58,940 nucleotides of DNA from Acidimicrobiales bacterium (GCA_045807565.1 JBJMHD010000060.1:1-58940); one strand, 5' to 3'. Numbered from the stretch's first letter, positions 1 through 10,479 are shown. The notes: generated by a model from the sequence alone, not told the origin. Translations and numbers: made by a program.

Positions 1-58
1 AGAGGAACGGACCGACCGCCGCGATGTGTGGTGCACCACAGGACGCGATGTCTGGTGG

Positions 59-910
59 TCAGCGCCGGGCGACGAGGGCGCGGTCACGGCCGGCGAGGTC
101 AGGGTGGACCCGCACGTCGGTGAAGCCGGCGCGCTCGGCGAGCGCGGCCACGGCGTCACGCTGCGTCTCCCCGATCTCCACCACCAGGGTGCCGGTGGGT
201 GCCAGCCAGTCGGGGGCGCCGGCGACGATGACCGCGATGGCCTCGAGGCCCGTCGGGCCGGCCACCAGGGCGGCGTGCGGCTCCCAGTCGGCCACCTCCG
301 GGGGCAGCGGCTCGCCGGCGGCGACGTACGGCGGGTTGCTCGCGATCACATCGACGCGGCCGCGCAGGTCGTCGGGGAGCGCCGCGTACCAGTCGCCCTC
401 CAGCAGCCGCACGGCGGTGGCCCGGCGGCCCAGTCCGGCCAGGTTGGCGCGCGCGACGGCGAGCGAGTCGGCGGACACGTCTGTCGCCCACACCTCGACC
501 CGTGGCCAGCGCTCCGCCGTCGCCGCGAGCGCGATCGCCCCGGAGCCGGTGCCGAGGTCGACGAGGACCCCTTCGTCCGGAAGCGCCTCGATGGCGAGCC
601 CGGCGACGACCTCGGTCTCCGGACGAGGGATGAGCACCCGCGCATCCACCATCAGGTCGAGCGAACGGAAGCCCCACCGACCGAGGACGTACTGCAGGGG
701 CTCACCGGCGGCGCGGCGCTGCACCATGTGGTCGACGAAGCGCACCTCGCGCTCCGTCACCGGCTCGTCGAGCGCCGCGACCTGCTCGCTCGGCGTGCGT
801 CCGCTGGCGCGCTCGACGATCCACCGCAGCTCCTGCTCGGCATCGTCGACACCGCTGGCCCGCAACCGCTCGAGGCTCTCGTGCCGCAGCTCTCGCCACG
901 GCAGGGTCAT
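59..910 (-). CDS. prmC: Release factor glutamine methyltransferase (HemK)
   Basis: MTLPWREL start overlaps the prfA stop; motifs GEPLQY, VLIPRPETE, DLGTGSG and NPPY. Confidence 0.95.
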   Translation of the reverse strand: MTLPWRELRHESLERLRASGVDDAEQELRWIVERASGRTPSEQVAALDEPVTEREVRFVDHMVQRRAAGEPLQYVLGRWGFRSLDLMVDARVLIPRPETEVVAGLAIEALPDEGVLVDLGTGSGAIALAATAERWPRVEVWATDVSADSLAVARANLAGLGRRATAVRLLEGDWYAALPDDLRGRVDVIASNPPYVAAGEPLPPEVADWEPHAALVAGPTGLEAIAVIVAGAPDWLAPTGTLVVEIGETQRDAVAALAERAGFTDVRVHPDLAGRDRALVARR

Positions 911-1971
911 CCGCCGTCCTGCAGCCGGCGCGCCTGCTCGTCCGCCACCAGCGCGTCCACCACCTCGTCGAGCTCGCCGGCCAGGACCTTGTCGAGCTTG
1001 TAGATCGTGAGCCCGATCCGGTGGTCCGTGACGCGGTTCTCCTTGAAGTTGTAGGTGCGGATCTTCTCGGCGCGGCCGCCGCCACCGACCTGCCCCTTGC
1101 GCTCGGCCGACAGCTCCGCGGCCTGACGGTCCTGCTCCTGCTTGAGGAGCCGGCTGCGCAGCACCACCAGCGCCTTGGCCCGGTTCTGGATCTGGCTCTT
1201 CTCGTCCTGCATGGCGACCACGAGCCCCGTGGGCTTGTGGGTGATCCGCACGGCGGAGTCGGTGGTGTTCACGCTCTGGCCGCCGGGGCCTGACGATCGG
1301 TACACGTCGACCTGGAGGTCGTTCGGGTCGAGGTCGACCTCCACCTCCTGCGCCTCGGGCAGCACGGTGACGGTGGCGCTCGACGTGTGGATGCGCCCCT
1401 GGCTCTCGGTGACCGGCACCCGCTGGACGCGGTGCGGACCGCCCTCCTGCTTCATGCGCGGCCACACGCCGTCGCCCTTCAGCAGGAAGGTGACCTCGTT
1501 GAAGCCGCCCATGTCGGACGCGTCCGAGCCGAGGACCTCGGTCTTCCACCCCATGCGGCCCGCGTAGGCCTGGTACATGTCGAACAGGTCGCGGGCGAAC
1601 AGGTTCGCCTCCTCGCCACCCTCGGCGCCACGGATCTCCACGATCACGTTCTTGCCGTCGTTCGGGTCCTTCGGGAGGAGCAGCAACCGGAGCTCCTCCT
1701 GCAGCCGGGCGATGTCGGCCTCCGCCTCCGCCACCTCCGAGCGCATCTCCTCGCGGTCGTCCCCGTCGAGCTCGCTGAGCATCTCCTTGGCCGTCTCGAG
1801 GTCGCCGGTGCGGCGACGCAGCTGCTGGGCCGCCTCCACGATCGGACCGAGCTCGCTGTAGCGCCGGGCCACCTCCTGGTAGCGGCTCTGGTCGGCGAGC
1901 AGGTCGGGGTCGCCGAGGCGCGCTTCGAGGTCCTGGTGCTCCCGCTCGAGGTCTCGCAGCCGGTCCAACAT
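907..1971 (-). CDS. prfA: Peptide chain release factor 1
   Basis: GGQ motif (SGPGGQSVN), PVT recognition loop, IRTYN; ATG at 1971 (MLDRL) preceded by TAGCCT. Confidence 0.97.
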   Translation of the reverse strand: MLDRLRDLEREHQDLEARLGDPDLLADQSRYQEVARRYSELGPIVEAAQQLRRRTGDLETAKEMLSELDGDDREEMRSEVAEAEADIARLQEELRLLLLPKDPNDGKNVIVEIRGAEGGEEANLFARDLFDMYQAYAGRMGWKTEVLGSDASDMGGFNEVTFLLKGDGVWPRMKQEGGPHRVQRVPVTESQGRIHTSSATVTVLPEAQEVEVDLDPNDLQVDVYRSSGPGGQSVNTTDSAVRITHKPTGLVVAMQDEKSQIQNRAKALVVLRSRLLKQEQDRQAAELSAERKGQVGGGGRAEKIRTYNFKENRVTDHRIGLTIYKLDKVLAGELDEVVDALVADEQARRLQDGG

Positions 1972-2015
1972 CGCGATCGAGGCTACGGCCGTCACGTCCG
2001 TTCTCGGGGATCCAC

Positions 2016-2110
2016 GTTCGAGGCATCAGTGCACGCCGTTCGTGCATGCGTGCCCCCAACGTCGGGTTGGGGGCCTGGGTGCACGCTGTTCGTGCGTGCG
2101 TGCCCCCAAC
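2016..2110. repeat. Two tandem 45-bp imperfect palindromic units (REP-like), 50-bp period
   Basis: gttcgaggcatcagtgcacgccgttcgtgcatgcgtgcccccaac (2016-2060) and gttgggggcctgggtgcacgctgttcgtgcgtgcgtgcccccaac (2066-2110). Confidence 0.8.
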
Positions 2111-2130
2111 CGTCCACGGGCGAGTCCGGG

Positions 2131-3126
2131 TCAGGCGCGCCAGTCGTCGGCCACGGGGACGAGCTCGGCCGGCGCCAGCAGGCGCTCGGCGAGGGCCGAC
2201 GTCACCGGGTGGGCGTCGCGCTCGGGGACGGCCAGGAGCAGGCGGGCCCCATCTGACAGCGCGGCGCGCGCGTCGGCGGCGGCGGGAACCAGGTCCAGGA
2301 GGACCCCGACCGAGCACGCCACGACCGTGTCGTCGCCCGACTGGTGACGGCCCCGCGCGATGGCGACGGCCGGATCGCGCAGGTTCGGGCGCGGGACAGC
2401 AGGCGGCGCGGCGTGGAGCTCGGTGCAGCCCACCCGGGCGGGATCGCGCACCAGCACGGAGCGCAGCCAGCGCTCCGGCGCGAGCTGGTTCAGCGGGTGG
2501 CGCTCCGCGCCTGGCCGGCGTTGCTCGAGCACGATGTCGCGCACGCGGGCCAGCTGCTCCACCGGAGGCAGCCCGGCGTGCACGAGCGCCGTCATCTCGC
2601 GGTCCGCCTTGCCGACGCCGACCTCGAGCACCGGCTCGGCGATGGGCGTGCCCGACGTGGTGCTGCCGTGGACGATGCGGGCGACCTCGAGGCCCAGCAC
2701 CTCGCCGCGCACGATGCCGTCCTCGATCACCACCTCGAGGTCGGCGTCAACCAGCAGCTCTGCCAGCTCCGGTGCCGATGGCGCCTCGGCCGGCACGGGC
2801 GTGGGTGCCGCGACCGCTGGCACGACCGATCGGCCCTCGACGGCGAGCACGGTCGGAGGCGACGAGAACAGCGCGGCCCGCCGGGCGATCACGCCCGCCT
2901 CGGTGCCGCCGTCGACCAGGAGGGTCACGTCGTCCGCTCGCCGCCGCGCGCCCCACACCAGCGCGGGGCCGAGCGCCGTCACGGGGTCGACGTCGAGCAG
3001 CAGCCAGACCGACGATCCGTCGACCAGCGCGGCGCCGCCCGGGAACACCGCGGGTTCGGCCCGCGGGGCGTCCACGAGGGCGCGCAGCTTCGCCGTCAGC
3101 AGCGCCGGACGGTCAGCCAACCTCAC
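2131..3126 (-). CDS. Hypothetical protein (331 aa)
   Basis: Long ORF with normal composition, co-oriented between rpmE and prfA; contains HPLNQLAPERWL; no family recognised with certainty. Confidence 0.75.
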   Translation of the reverse strand: MRLADRPALLTAKLRALVDAPRAEPAVFPGGAALVDGSSVWLLLDVDPVTALGPALVWGARRRADDVTLLVDGGTEAGVIARRAALFSSPPTVLAVEGRSVVPAVAAPTPVPAEAPSAPELAELLVDADLEVVIEDGIVRGEVLGLEVARIVHGSTTSGTPIAEPVLEVGVGKADREMTALVHAGLPPVEQLARVRDIVLEQRRPGAERHPLNQLAPERWLRSVLVRDPARVGCTELHAAPPAVPRPNLRDPAVAIARGRHQSGDDTVVACSVGVLLDLVPAAADARAALSDGARLLLAVPERDAHPVTSALAERLLAPAELVPVADDWRA

Positions 3127-3210
3127 CCACCTGGCGGACCGGCGGGTGAGACGTGTCAGTGGTGGCGCACATCACCCGCAAGCTCGCAGCGCGGGGCCGT
3201 GCGGCCGGTG

Positions 3211-3432
3211 TCAGGAAGCAGGCTCGGACTTGCGGCGCTTGCCGTAGCGGCGCTCGAAGCGGTCGATGCGGCCGCCGGTGTCCACGAGCTTCTGCTTGCC
3301 CGTGTAGAAGGGATGGCACTCGCTGCAGAGCTCGACCCGGAGGTCGGGTGAGGTGGAGCGCGTCTCGAACGTGTTGCCGCACGAGCACTTCACGGTGGCC
3401 GTCACGTAGTCGGGGTGGATGTCAGCGCGCAT
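3211..3432 (-). CDS. rpmE: 50S ribosomal protein L31, Zn-binding (C+) type
   Basis: [32 protein letters not shown]. Confidence 0.97.
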   Translation of the reverse strand: MRADIHPDYVTATVKCSCGNTFETRSTSPDLRVELCSECHPFYTGKQKLVDTGGRIDRFERRYGKRRKSEPAS

Positions 3433-3468
3433 AAGGGTGTGAGGCTACCGGGACGGGGACGGAAACGG

Positions 3469-5109
3469 CTACCCGGAGACCTTGCCGACCTCGGCCAGGA
3501 AGTCGGCGTTGGTCTTGAACGCCTTCATGCGGTCGAGGAGCAGCTCGAGGCCCCCGCCGCTGGTGCCGCCGAGGACCCGTCGGAGCTTCCACACCTGCTG
3601 GAGCTGGGTGCCGAGGAACAGCAGCTCCTCCTGCCGGGTGGACGACGCCTCGACGTCGATGGCCGGGTAGATCCGCTGCTCGGCGAGGCGCCGGTCGAGC
3701 CGCAGCTCCATGTTCCCCGTGCCCTTGAACTCCTCGAAGATCACCTCGTCCATCCGGCTGCCGGTCTCCACCAGGGCCGTGGCGAGGATCGTGAGGCTCC
3801 CACCCTCCTCCACGTTCCGAGCGGCGCCGAAGAACTTCTTGGGCGGGTACAGGGCGCTCGTGTCGATGCCACCGCTCATCACCCGACCGCTCTGGGGAGC
3901 AGCGAGGTTGTAGGCCCGGGAGAGGCGGGTGATCCCGTCGAGGATGATGGCGACGTCCTTGCCCTCCTCCACGAGCCGCTTGGCCCGCTCGATGGTGAGC
4001 TCGGCGACGTGGATGTGCTCCTCGGTGGGACGGTCGAAGGTGGAGGCCACCACCTGTGACGCCTCGTTCTTGAGCCACCGCCGCATGTCGGTGACCTCCT
4101 CGGGCCGCTCGTCCACGAGCAGCACGAACAGGTGCACCTCCGGGTTGTTCGTCTCGATCGAGCGCACGATCTGCTTCATCACGGAGGTCTTGCCGGCCTT
4201 CGGGGGCGACACGATCAGGCCGCGCTGTCCCTTCCCGATCGGCGAGATCAGGTCGATGATGCGCGTGGTCATGTTCGACGAGTCGCCCGCTCGCTCCATG
4301 GTGAGCCGGACGTCGGGGAACAGCGGGGTGAGGTCTTCGAACCGCGGCCGGTCGCGAGCGGTGTCCGGGTCTTCCCCGTTCACCTCGTCGATGCGCAGGA
4401 GCGCGGGGTTCTTCTCGTTGCGCAGGGCGGGGCGGCTGGCACCCTTGATGTGGTCGCCCCTGCGCAGCCCGAACTGCCGGGCCTGCTTCACCGACACGTA
4501 CACGTCGTCGCGCGAGGGCAGGAAGCCGCGGATCCGGAGGAAGCCGTAGCCCTCGTCCCGCAGGTCGAGGAAGCCGTCCACGTCGATCGGCTCGCCGGTG
4601 TACTCCTCCGTCGCGCCGCTGGGCGCGCCCTCGCGGTCGCGGTTGCGACCCCGCCGCCGGCGGCGTCGGTTCCCACCCTCGTCGTCCTCGGCGCCGTTGC
4701 CGCTCGCACCTTGCGGCTGACCCCCCTGCGCGGGCGCGGGGCCCTGGCGGTTGCCTCCCCCAGCATCGTCGGCGACCCGCGCGTCGTCGGGGCGATCGGT
4801 GGGGGCGTCAGCGGCGTCGGCCTCCCACTCGGCGGGCGGCTCCTCGTCGGGGCGCGGCTTGCGACCGCGGTTCGGCTTCGCCGGAGCGGGCGCGGGGGTG
4901 TCGGCGGCCGCGGGGGTGTCGGCCGTCTCGGCCGCGGCCGGTGATCCGTCACCGCCCACGCCGGCGAGCTCGAGGACGAGGTCGACGATGTCGGCCTTCT
5001 TGGCCCGCGCCGGTGGCTTGCCGCCGAGCGCCTTGGCGATGGTGACCAGCTCGTCGCGGTCCTTGCGCTCCAGAGCGGAGCGTTCGAGGGCGGTGGAGTC
5101 CACGCTCAT
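3469..5109 (-). CDS. rho: Transcription termination factor Rho with N-terminal low-complexity insertion
   Basis: [45 protein letters not shown]; ATG at 5109 with GAGG RBS. Confidence 0.97.
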   Translation of the reverse strand: MSVDSTALERSALERKDRDELVTIAKALGGKPPARAKKADIVDLVLELAGVGGDGSPAAAETADTPAAADTPAPAPAKPNRGRKPRPDEEPPAEWEADAADAPTDRPDDARVADDAGGGNRQGPAPAQGGQPQGASGNGAEDDEGGNRRRRRRGRNRDREGAPSGATEEYTGEPIDVDGFLDLRDEGYGFLRIRGFLPSRDDVYVSVKQARQFGLRRGDHIKGASRPALRNEKNPALLRIDEVNGEDPDTARDRPRFEDLTPLFPDVRLTMERAGDSSNMTTRIIDLISPIGKGQRGLIVSPPKAGKTSVMKQIVRSIETNNPEVHLFVLLVDERPEEVTDMRRWLKNEASQVVASTFDRPTEEHIHVAELTIERAKRLVEEGKDVAIILDGITRLSRAYNLAAPQSGRVMSGGIDTSALYPPKKFFGAARNVEEGGSLTILATALVETGSRMDEVIFEEFKGTGNMELRLDRRLAEQRIYPAIDVEASSTRQEELLFLGTQLQQVWKLRRVLGGTSGGGLELLLDRMKAFKTNADFLAEVGKVSG

Positions 5110-5297
5110 CGACGTACGTACCTCAAGGTGTGGTGTGGGAGGTGAGGAGGGGTGGGCTTCGCCTCTGCGACCGGTCGTGCGTGCGACTCTGGATCGCTCC
5201 CCTGCGGAACCGCGGCGACTGTAGCGCGACCCCTGTTGGACCAGAAACTCGGCAAATCCGGTCAGGTCTCGTCGAGGTCTGGGGCCAGACTGCACCC

Positions 5298-6080
5298 GTG
5301 GGGGATGTCCTGGAAGCCCGCGGCCTCGTGAAGGCCTTCGAGAAGGTCCGCGCCGTCGACGGCGTCGACCTGCGCGTCGCCGCCGGCGAGCGGGTGGCGC
5401 TGCTCGGGCCGAACGGCGCCGGCAAGACCACCACGCTCCTCATGCTGCTCGGGGCGATCACCCCCGACTCCGGCTCGATCACGATCGCCGGGCACCAGCT
5501 GCCGAAGGGACGGTCACGCGCGATGGGGCGGGTCGGCTTCGTCGCCGGGTACCTCCCGCTGCCTGACCGGCTGCGCGTGCGCGAGGCCCTCTCGATCTTC
5601 GCGGGCTTCTACGGGATGGACCGGCGCACGGGAGAGGCCGCCGTGGACACCGGCCTCGAGCGGTTCCGGATCACCCACCTCGCCGACCGGATGTGCATGG
5701 AGCTGTCCTCAGGGCAGCGAACGCTCGTCGGCATCGTGAAGGCGATCCTCCACGGTCCCGAGCTGCTCGTGCTCGACGAGCCCACCGCCAGCCTCGACCC
5801 CGACGTCGCGTACCGGGTGCGCAGCGGGCTCCTCGACGTGGCCACCGACGGCACTGCCCTGCTCGTCACCAGCCACAACATGCGGGAGGTCGAGCGGCTC
5901 TGCGAGCGCGTCGTGTTCCTGGCCGCTGGCAAGGTCGTCGCCAACGGTGCTCCCAGCGAGGTCGCCGATGCCTTCGGTCACGGCGACCTCGAGGGCGTGT
6001 TCCTCCACCTGGCTGGCACCGTCGTGTCCGAGGACGAGATCCCCGACCTCGGCACCGTGGACGAGGACGTGTCACCGTGA
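5298..6080 (+). CDS. ABC transporter ATP-binding protein (ABC-2/drug export type)
   Basis: Walker A GPNGAGKTT, LSSGQ signature, LDEPT, TSH; start chosen at GTG 5298. Confidence 0.9.
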   Translation: MGDVLEARGLVKAFEKVRAVDGVDLRVAAGERVALLGPNGAGKTTTLLMLLGAITPDSGSITIAGHQLPKGRSRAMGRVGFVAGYLPLPDRLRVREALSIFAGFYGMDRRTGEAAVDTGLERFRITHLADRMCMELSSGQRTLVGIVKAILHGPELLVLDEPTASLDPDVAYRVRSGLLDVATDGTALLVTSHNMREVERLCERVVFLAAGKVVANGAPSEVADAFGHGDLEGVFLHLAGTVVSEDEIPDLGTVDEDVSP

Positions 6081-6904
6081 CCGCCGCCGTCGCGCCGGAG
6101 ACCGATCGCCCGACGTTCTCGTGGCTGCGCGTCCGCACCGTCGTCCGCCGTCACGGCTACGTGCTGTTCCGCAGCCCGCACCGCTGGTTCGACATCGCGT
6201 TCTGGCCGGTGTTCGACGTGCTGCTGTTCGGGTCGCTGGGCGCCTTCGTCGCGCAGCAGAACGAGACGAGCCAGGCGGCCACGCCCTACCTGCTGGCCGG
6301 GATCATGCTGTTCCACGTCCTGTTCCAGAGCCAGATCGCGGTGGCCACGGGCTTCATGGAGGAGACCTGGACCCGCAACATCCTCAACGTGATGACCACG
6401 CCGCTGCGCGAGGTCGAGTACGTGCTCGGCCTCGCGCTCATGGGCCTGATGAAGCTGGCAGCGGCCATGGTCACGGTGAGCGCCGCCGCCCTCGTGTTCT
6501 ACCGGTTCGGTCTCGGCGAGATCGGCTGGGGCCTCGTCCCGGTGATCGGTGTGCTGCTGCTGTGCGGGTGGTGCACGGCGATGCTCGTGATCGGGTTGCT
6601 CCTCCGCTACGGCCAGAGCGCGGAGATCCTGGCGTGGGCCACCACGTTCGTGCTCCTGGCGCTGTCCGGGGTGTTCAACCCGGTCGAGTCGCTGCCAGGT
6701 GCGATCCAACCGATCGCCAAGCTGCTCCCCACCACCTACGCGTTCCGCGCCGCTCGCGACCTGCTCGACGGCGGACCGATCCCCTGGCACGACCTGCTGC
6801 TGGCGACCATCGGCGCCTTCGTGCTCGCGGCCCTGGCCATGGTGTACGTCGTCCGGATGCTCCGCGTGTTCCGCCACCGCGGCTACGTCACGCGCTACTC
6901 CTGA
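6077..6904 (+). CDS. ABC-2 type transporter permease
   Basis: About 6 hydrophobic segments, SGVFNPVESLP motif; GTGA overlap with the ATPase gene. Confidence 0.88.
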   Translation: MTAAVAPETDRPTFSWLRVRTVVRRHGYVLFRSPHRWFDIAFWPVFDVLLFGSLGAFVAQQNETSQAATPYLLAGIMLFHVLFQSQIAVATGFMEETWTRNILNVMTTPLREVEYVLGLALMGLMKLAAAMVTVSAAALVFYRFGLGEIGWGLVPVIGVLLLCGWCTAMLVIGLLLRYGQSAEILAWATTFVLLALSGVFNPVESLPGAIQPIAKLLPTTYAFRAARDLLDGGPIPWHDLLLATIGAFVLAALAMVYVVRMLRVFRHRGYVTRYS

Positions 6905-6913
6905 GCGTCGACC

Positions 6914-8569
6914 TCAGCCCTCGGGCTGCGTCTGGGGCGGCTGGTCACCGTCGCCGAGGGCGAGCAGGTGGATCCGCTTCACCACCAGCGCCACGTCGTC
7001 GCCCGGTGCTGTGCCCACGAGCTGCTCGATCAGCCGGTCGGCCACGACCTCCACGGGTTCCTCCCGAGAGGCACGCGCCGCGTCGGCGAGGCGGTGGAGG
7101 CCGACGTCGAGCACCTCGTTGCGCCGTTCGACGAGACCGTCGGTGTACAGCACGAGCAGGTCGCCGGGCTGGACGTCGAGCTGTGCCTCTCGGCGGGTGG
7201 GCTCGCCGACGGACAGCGGGGCGGCGAGGGCCTGGTCGAGCCAGACCGCCTGGTCGTCGTGGACGAGCAGCGGCGGTGGGTGGCCGGCGTTGGAGTACGT
7301 GATCCGCTGCTGCGCCAGGTCGACCACGGCGCACACCACCGTGGCGCACACTGCGGCGGGCATGGTCGTCGCGAACCGGTCGAGCGATGCGATGACCTCA
7401 GCTGGTCCTCGACCGTCGACGAGGAGGGCACGGCTCACGTTCCGCAGCGCACCCATCGCCGTGGCCGCTTCGAGACCGTGACCGACGCAGTCTCCGACGA
7501 CGAGCCCACGGCGGCCCTCGCCGAGGTCGAGCACGTCGTACCAGTCACCCCCGACCGTGAGGTTGCTGGCCTTCGGCAGGTACCGCGCCGCGACCGTCGG
7601 CAGGTCCGACGCGACCTCCAACATGGCGTCCTGCAGCGTGTCGCTGATGTGGCGTAGCTCGCCGAGCTCGTCGGCCCGCATCAGCGCGGCCGTGAACGAG
7701 GCGGACACCGTCGCCCGGACGAGGTCGATGAACTGCCGGTAGCCGTCGTCGAAGGCGCGGTGGGCGTTGGTGGCGACGGTGACCACCGTCTGGAGCTTCG
7801 GGTGGTCGATCGCGAACGCGACGCGCGCCGCGGGCAGCCCCGGCTCCCACCCCTCGTCGAGCACGACCGGGACTCGGGAGCGGGCCACGCGGCGGATGAG
7901 GTCCTGGTCGGTGGCCTCGGCAAGGTGCCCCGGCAGGCTGGCGATCCGCACGACGCTGTCCGCGAGCACGACGTCGATCGCGATCGCCGTGGCGGGCTTG
8001 CTGTCCCGCAGGGCGTTGATGGTCACGTCGCTGACGGACTCGATCGACGTCGCCCCCACCAACGCGCTGGCGAGGTCGCCGATGCAGCGGAGCCGCCGTC
8101 GATCGATGACCTCGGCGGTGGTCTCGGTCGCGACCACCAGCAAGCCCGAGACGACATCGGAGTCGTCGTGGATCGGGCTGTAGCAGTAGGTGAAGAACAC
8201 CTCCTCCTCGTAGTCGTTGCGGTTGATCAGCAGCTGGTGATCGACGTTCGACACCGCCTCGCCGGCGTACACGGTGGCGAACAGCGGTCCGATCTCGTCC
8301 CAGATCTCGGCCCACGTCTCACGGGCGCTGTGCCCCAGCGCTCCCGGGTGCTTGCCGGTCCCGAGGATCGGGCGGAAGGCGTCGTTGTAGAGCTGCGTGT
8401 AGTCGGGACCCCACACGATCATCATCGGGAACTCGGAGCTCAGCACCACCTGGAGGAGCAGGCGCAGCTGGACCGGCCACGACTCCACCGGTCCGAGCGG
8501 CGTCGTCTCCCACGGGAAGGCGAGCAGCGCGCGGGCCTCGGGCCCGTGACCCGACCGCGCGAGGGACAT
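6914..8569 (-). CDS. PAS-containing PP2C/SpoIIE-family Ser/Thr phosphatase
   Basis: N-terminal WETTPLGPVESWP..YNDAF..GKHPGALG PAS-like module; VGGDWYD, VGDCVGHG, NAGHPPP, YTDGLVE, DDVA. Confidence 0.9.
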   Translation of the reverse strand: MSLARSGHGPEARALLAFPWETTPLGPVESWPVQLRLLLQVVLSSEFPMMIVWGPDYTQLYNDAFRPILGTGKHPGALGHSARETWAEIWDEIGPLFATVYAGEAVSNVDHQLLINRNDYEEEVFFTYCYSPIHDDSDVVSGLLVVATETTAEVIDRRRLRCIGDLASALVGATSIESVSDVTINALRDSKPATAIAIDVVLADSVVRIASLPGHLAEATDQDLIRRVARSRVPVVLDEGWEPGLPAARVAFAIDHPKLQTVVTVATNAHRAFDDGYRQFIDLVRATVSASFTAALMRADELGELRHISDTLQDAMLEVASDLPTVAARYLPKASNLTVGGDWYDVLDLGEGRRGLVVGDCVGHGLEAATAMGALRNVSRALLVDGRGPAEVIASLDRFATTMPAAVCATVVCAVVDLAQQRITYSNAGHPPPLLVHDDQAVWLDQALAAPLSVGEPTRREAQLDVQPGDLLVLYTDGLVERRNEVLDVGLHRLADAARASREEPVEVVADRLIEQLVGTAPGDDVALVVKRIHLLALGDGDQPPQTQPEG

Positions 8570-8622
8570 CTCGTCACGATAGATCCGTCTCGACACGACG
8601 GCGGAGGGCGTGACCATCCCAC

Positions 8623-9861
8623 GTGCCGCGGCGCGCGGCGGCGATCCTGGTGGTCGTGGCGGGGGTGCGACCGCAACACCTGCGAGGGGGGCGGGCATGG
8701 GTGCGGCGCGGCCTCGTGCCGGCCGGCCTCGTCGCCCTCCTGGTCACCGCCACCGGCCGGCTCGTCTTCGACAGCGGCGGGACCCCGCTCCAGGCCGCCG
8801 CCCTGACCGCCACCGAGGCCCGCTCGCCCGCGGCGTCCGCCGCGGCGGCGCCTCTCCGGGAGGCGACCGTGGCCTTCGGCGGCGACGTGCGCATCCACTC
8901 GGACGTGTGGAACACGGCGGCCGTCACGGGCGGGTACGACTTCTCGCCGATGCTGGCGCCGATCGCGGCCCGGGTGGCGAACGTCGACCTCGCGATCTGC
9001 CACCTCGAGGTGACCCTCGCCCGACCCAGCGACACCCTCACGGGCTACCCGCGGTCCGGCGCGCCGAGGGAGCTCGCCCGCGACCTGGCGGAGGCCGGGT
9101 TCGACGGCTGCTCGTTGGCGGGCGACCACGCCCTCGACTTCGGCGAGGCAGGCGTGGCGGCGACCATCGAGGGGCTGGACGCCGCCGGGCTCGCCCACAC
9201 GGGCACCGCCCGCACGACCGCGGAGCGCGGGCCCGCCCTCTACGACGCGGGCGGCATCCGAGTCGCCAACCTCTCGTACACCTCCGGCACGGCCACGCCC
9301 GCGGCCCACGGGTCGCTCGTCGATCGGATCGACCCCGCCCTGATCCTCGCCGACGCCCATGCCGCTCGGGAGCGCGGCGCGGAGCTGGTGATCGTGTCCC
9401 TCCACTGGGGCGAGGAGTACGAGCGCGATGTCGTCGCGGCGCAGCGGGCCGTCGCTGATGCGCTCGCGTCCGACGAGGGCGCCGTCGACCTGGTCGTCGG
9501 CCATCGTGCCCACGTGGTGCAGCCGATCTCGAAGGTCGGCTCGATGTGGGTGGTGTGGGGCATGGGCAACCTGCTGTCGGATCGCTCGCCCCAGTGCTGC
9601 ACCACCGACACCAGCGACGGGCTCATCGTCACCGTCACCATCGGCGACACCGCGCCCGGAGGCCCCGTCGGGGTGACGGGGATGGCGTTCACGCCGACCT
9701 TGAACGAGCGCGACACCTTCCGGGTGCTACCGGCAGAGGCGGAGCTCGCCGCCCAGGCCGATGCCGCGCTGACCGACGACCTGGTGGCGTCGCTCGAGCG
9801 CACCACAGCGCGCGTGCTCAGCCTCGGCGGCACCGAGCTCGGGGTGACCCGCTCGCCGTAG
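8623..9861 (+). CDS. CapA/PGA_cap family metallophosphoesterase-like protein
   Basis: GGDV, CHLE, HALDFG, SLHWGEEY, GMGN motifs; N-terminal hydrophobic anchor; start uncertain. Confidence 0.8.
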   Translation: MPRRAAAILVVVAGVRPQHLRGGRAWVRRGLVPAGLVALLVTATGRLVFDSGGTPLQAAALTATEARSPAASAAAAPLREATVAFGGDVRIHSDVWNTAAVTGGYDFSPMLAPIAARVANVDLAICHLEVTLARPSDTLTGYPRSGAPRELARDLAEAGFDGCSLAGDHALDFGEAGVAATIEGLDAAGLAHTGTARTTAERGPALYDAGGIRVANLSYTSGTATPAAHGSLVDRIDPALILADAHAARERGAELVIVSLHWGEEYERDVVAAQRAVADALASDEGAVDLVVGHRAHVVQPISKVGSMWVVWGMGNLLSDRSPQCCTTDTSDGLIVTVTIGDTAPGGPVGVTGMAFTPTLNERDTFRVLPAEAELAAQADAALTDDLVASLERTTARVLSLGGTELGVTRSP

Positions 9862-9873
9862 CCGGTACCGCGG

Positions 9874-10479
9874 TCAGGCCAGGAGCCGCTCGAGCAGGTG
9901 GTCGAAGTCGTCGACGGCCTCGAGCTGGGGGAAGTCGGCCACGACGTTGGCCGGCGCGTGGAAGAGGTAGCCCGAGTCGGCGGCCAGGAGCATGGAGGTG
10001 TCGTTGTACGAGTCGCCCGCGGCCACCACCCGGTAGCCGAGCGAGCGGAAGGCGTCGACGGCCGCCCGCTTCTGGTCGGGCATCCGGAGGCGGTAGCCGG
10101 TGATCCGGTCGGAGGCCTCGTCGACCTGGAGCCGGTGGCAGAGGATGACCGGGTGCCCCAGCTTCGGGGCCAGGGCGCGGGCGAACTGCTCGAAGGTGTC
10201 CGAGAGGATCACCACGGGCCGGCGGGCCCGGAGCTCGGCGAGGAACGCCGCCCCGCCGGGCAGCGGGTCGAGGCCGGCGATCACGTCGGAGATGAGCGAC
10301 ATCGTCAGCCCGTGCTCATCCAGCAGCTCGAGCCGGTGGCGCATGAGCGCGTCGTAGTCCGGCTCGTCACGAGTCGTCCGCCGGAGCGCGTCGACGCCGG
10401 TGCGCTCGGCGACGGCGACCCAGATCTCGGGGACGAGCACGCCCTCCATGTCGAGCACCACCATCGCCTGCTGCTCCAT
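9874..10479 (-). CDS. thrH: Phosphoserine phosphatase / phosphoserine:homoserine phosphotransferase (HAD)
   Basis: LDMEGVLVPEIW, TTRDEPDYD, ILSDTF, AAGDSYNDTSML match ThrH. Confidence 0.92.
   Translation of the reverse strand: MEQQAMVVLDMEGVLVPEIWVAVAERTGVDALRRTTRDEPDYDALMRHRLELLDEHGLTMSLISDVIAGLDPLPGGAAFLAELRARRPVVILSDTFEQFARALAPKLGHPVILCHRLQVDEASDRITGYRLRMPDQKRAAVDAFRSLGYRVVAAGDSYNDTSMLLAADSGYLFHAPANVVADFPQLEAVDDFDHLLERLLA

Noticed and set aside
2016-2110. Possible mini CRISPR array
   Set aside because: Only two diverged 45-bp units with a 5-bp spacer; no unique 30-40 bp spacers and no cas genes.
59-2317. 752-aa ORF and similar long N-terminal extensions (12855-15644, 49256-51619, 15473-17542)
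   Set aside because: High-GC stop-poor frames; the real genes begin at internal starts supported by motifs and gene overlaps.
4640-4960. Low-complexity repeats inside rho (ADTPAA twice, poly-Arg)
   Set aside because: Typical actinobacterial Rho N-terminal insertion domain.
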